From Oopsacas minuta (taxonomy: Eukaryota > Animalia > Porifera): a stretch of DNA of 7,228 bases. The notes beneath the pieces are model-generated. The model made no database searches. It was not told the origin of the DNA and saw nothing but the letters and a program-made list of their open reading frames with translations. A program made the position numbers and the translations under genes. This document shows, one piece after another, positions 7,165 through 7,228 of this stretch. The stretch spans positions 1 through 7,228 of the forward strand of contig JAKMXF010000190.1 of assembly GCA_024704765.1 (NCBI GenBank), read 5' to 3'. Numbering within the stretch: the first letter of the stretch is position 1; each line of letters starts with the position of its first letter.

Positions 7165-7228
7165 GCTATAATGCTGGTAACAATTCTATTTTAATTAGAA
7201 GAGTTATGCTGTCTTCTTTACAATATTT
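7165..7228. repeat. Direct repeat, copy 2 (matches 1..64)
   Basis: 63 of 64 positions are identical to 1..64. Confidence 0.97.
7166..7228 (-). CDS. 3' end of a second TRAF-family copy (KYCKEDSITLLIKIELLPAL*), truncated by the window edge
   Basis: These 20 codons are identical to the C-terminus of the TRAF at 2..1222, but end in TAG rather than TAA. It could be a paralogue, a tandem copy or an assembly overlap. Confidence 0.75.
   Translation of the reverse strand, partial: KYCKEDSITLLIKIELLPAL

Overview
This is eukaryotic, almost certainly animal, genomic DNA and it is very gene-dense. It is not prokaryotic, so the GTG/TTG starts in the ORF track are artefacts. From left to right it holds: the last large exon of a TRAF-family gene (minus strand; zinc fingers, coiled coil, MATH/TRAF-C domain; 5' exon not found); intronless PSTK (+); intronless mitochondrial methylmalonyl-CoA mutase (+); intronless sphingosine-1-phosphate lyase (-); and the last 20 codons of a second, near-identical TRAF copy (-). 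Compactness, intron poverty and TRAF duplication would fit an early-branching animal such as a sponge (inference only). I cannot support a new multi-gene system. The unexplained signals are: (1) the first and last 64 bp are identical except for one base in the TRAF stop codon; (2) the TRAF 5' exon is missing next to a single N; (3) a dense GACAC/GTGTC motif field runs through PSTK in several frames and on both strands; (4) a perfect 20-bp hairpin and further inverted repeats lie between PSTK and MMUT; (5) the MMUT cobalamin-binding loop has unusual substitutions. All counts were made by eye and need computational confirmation.
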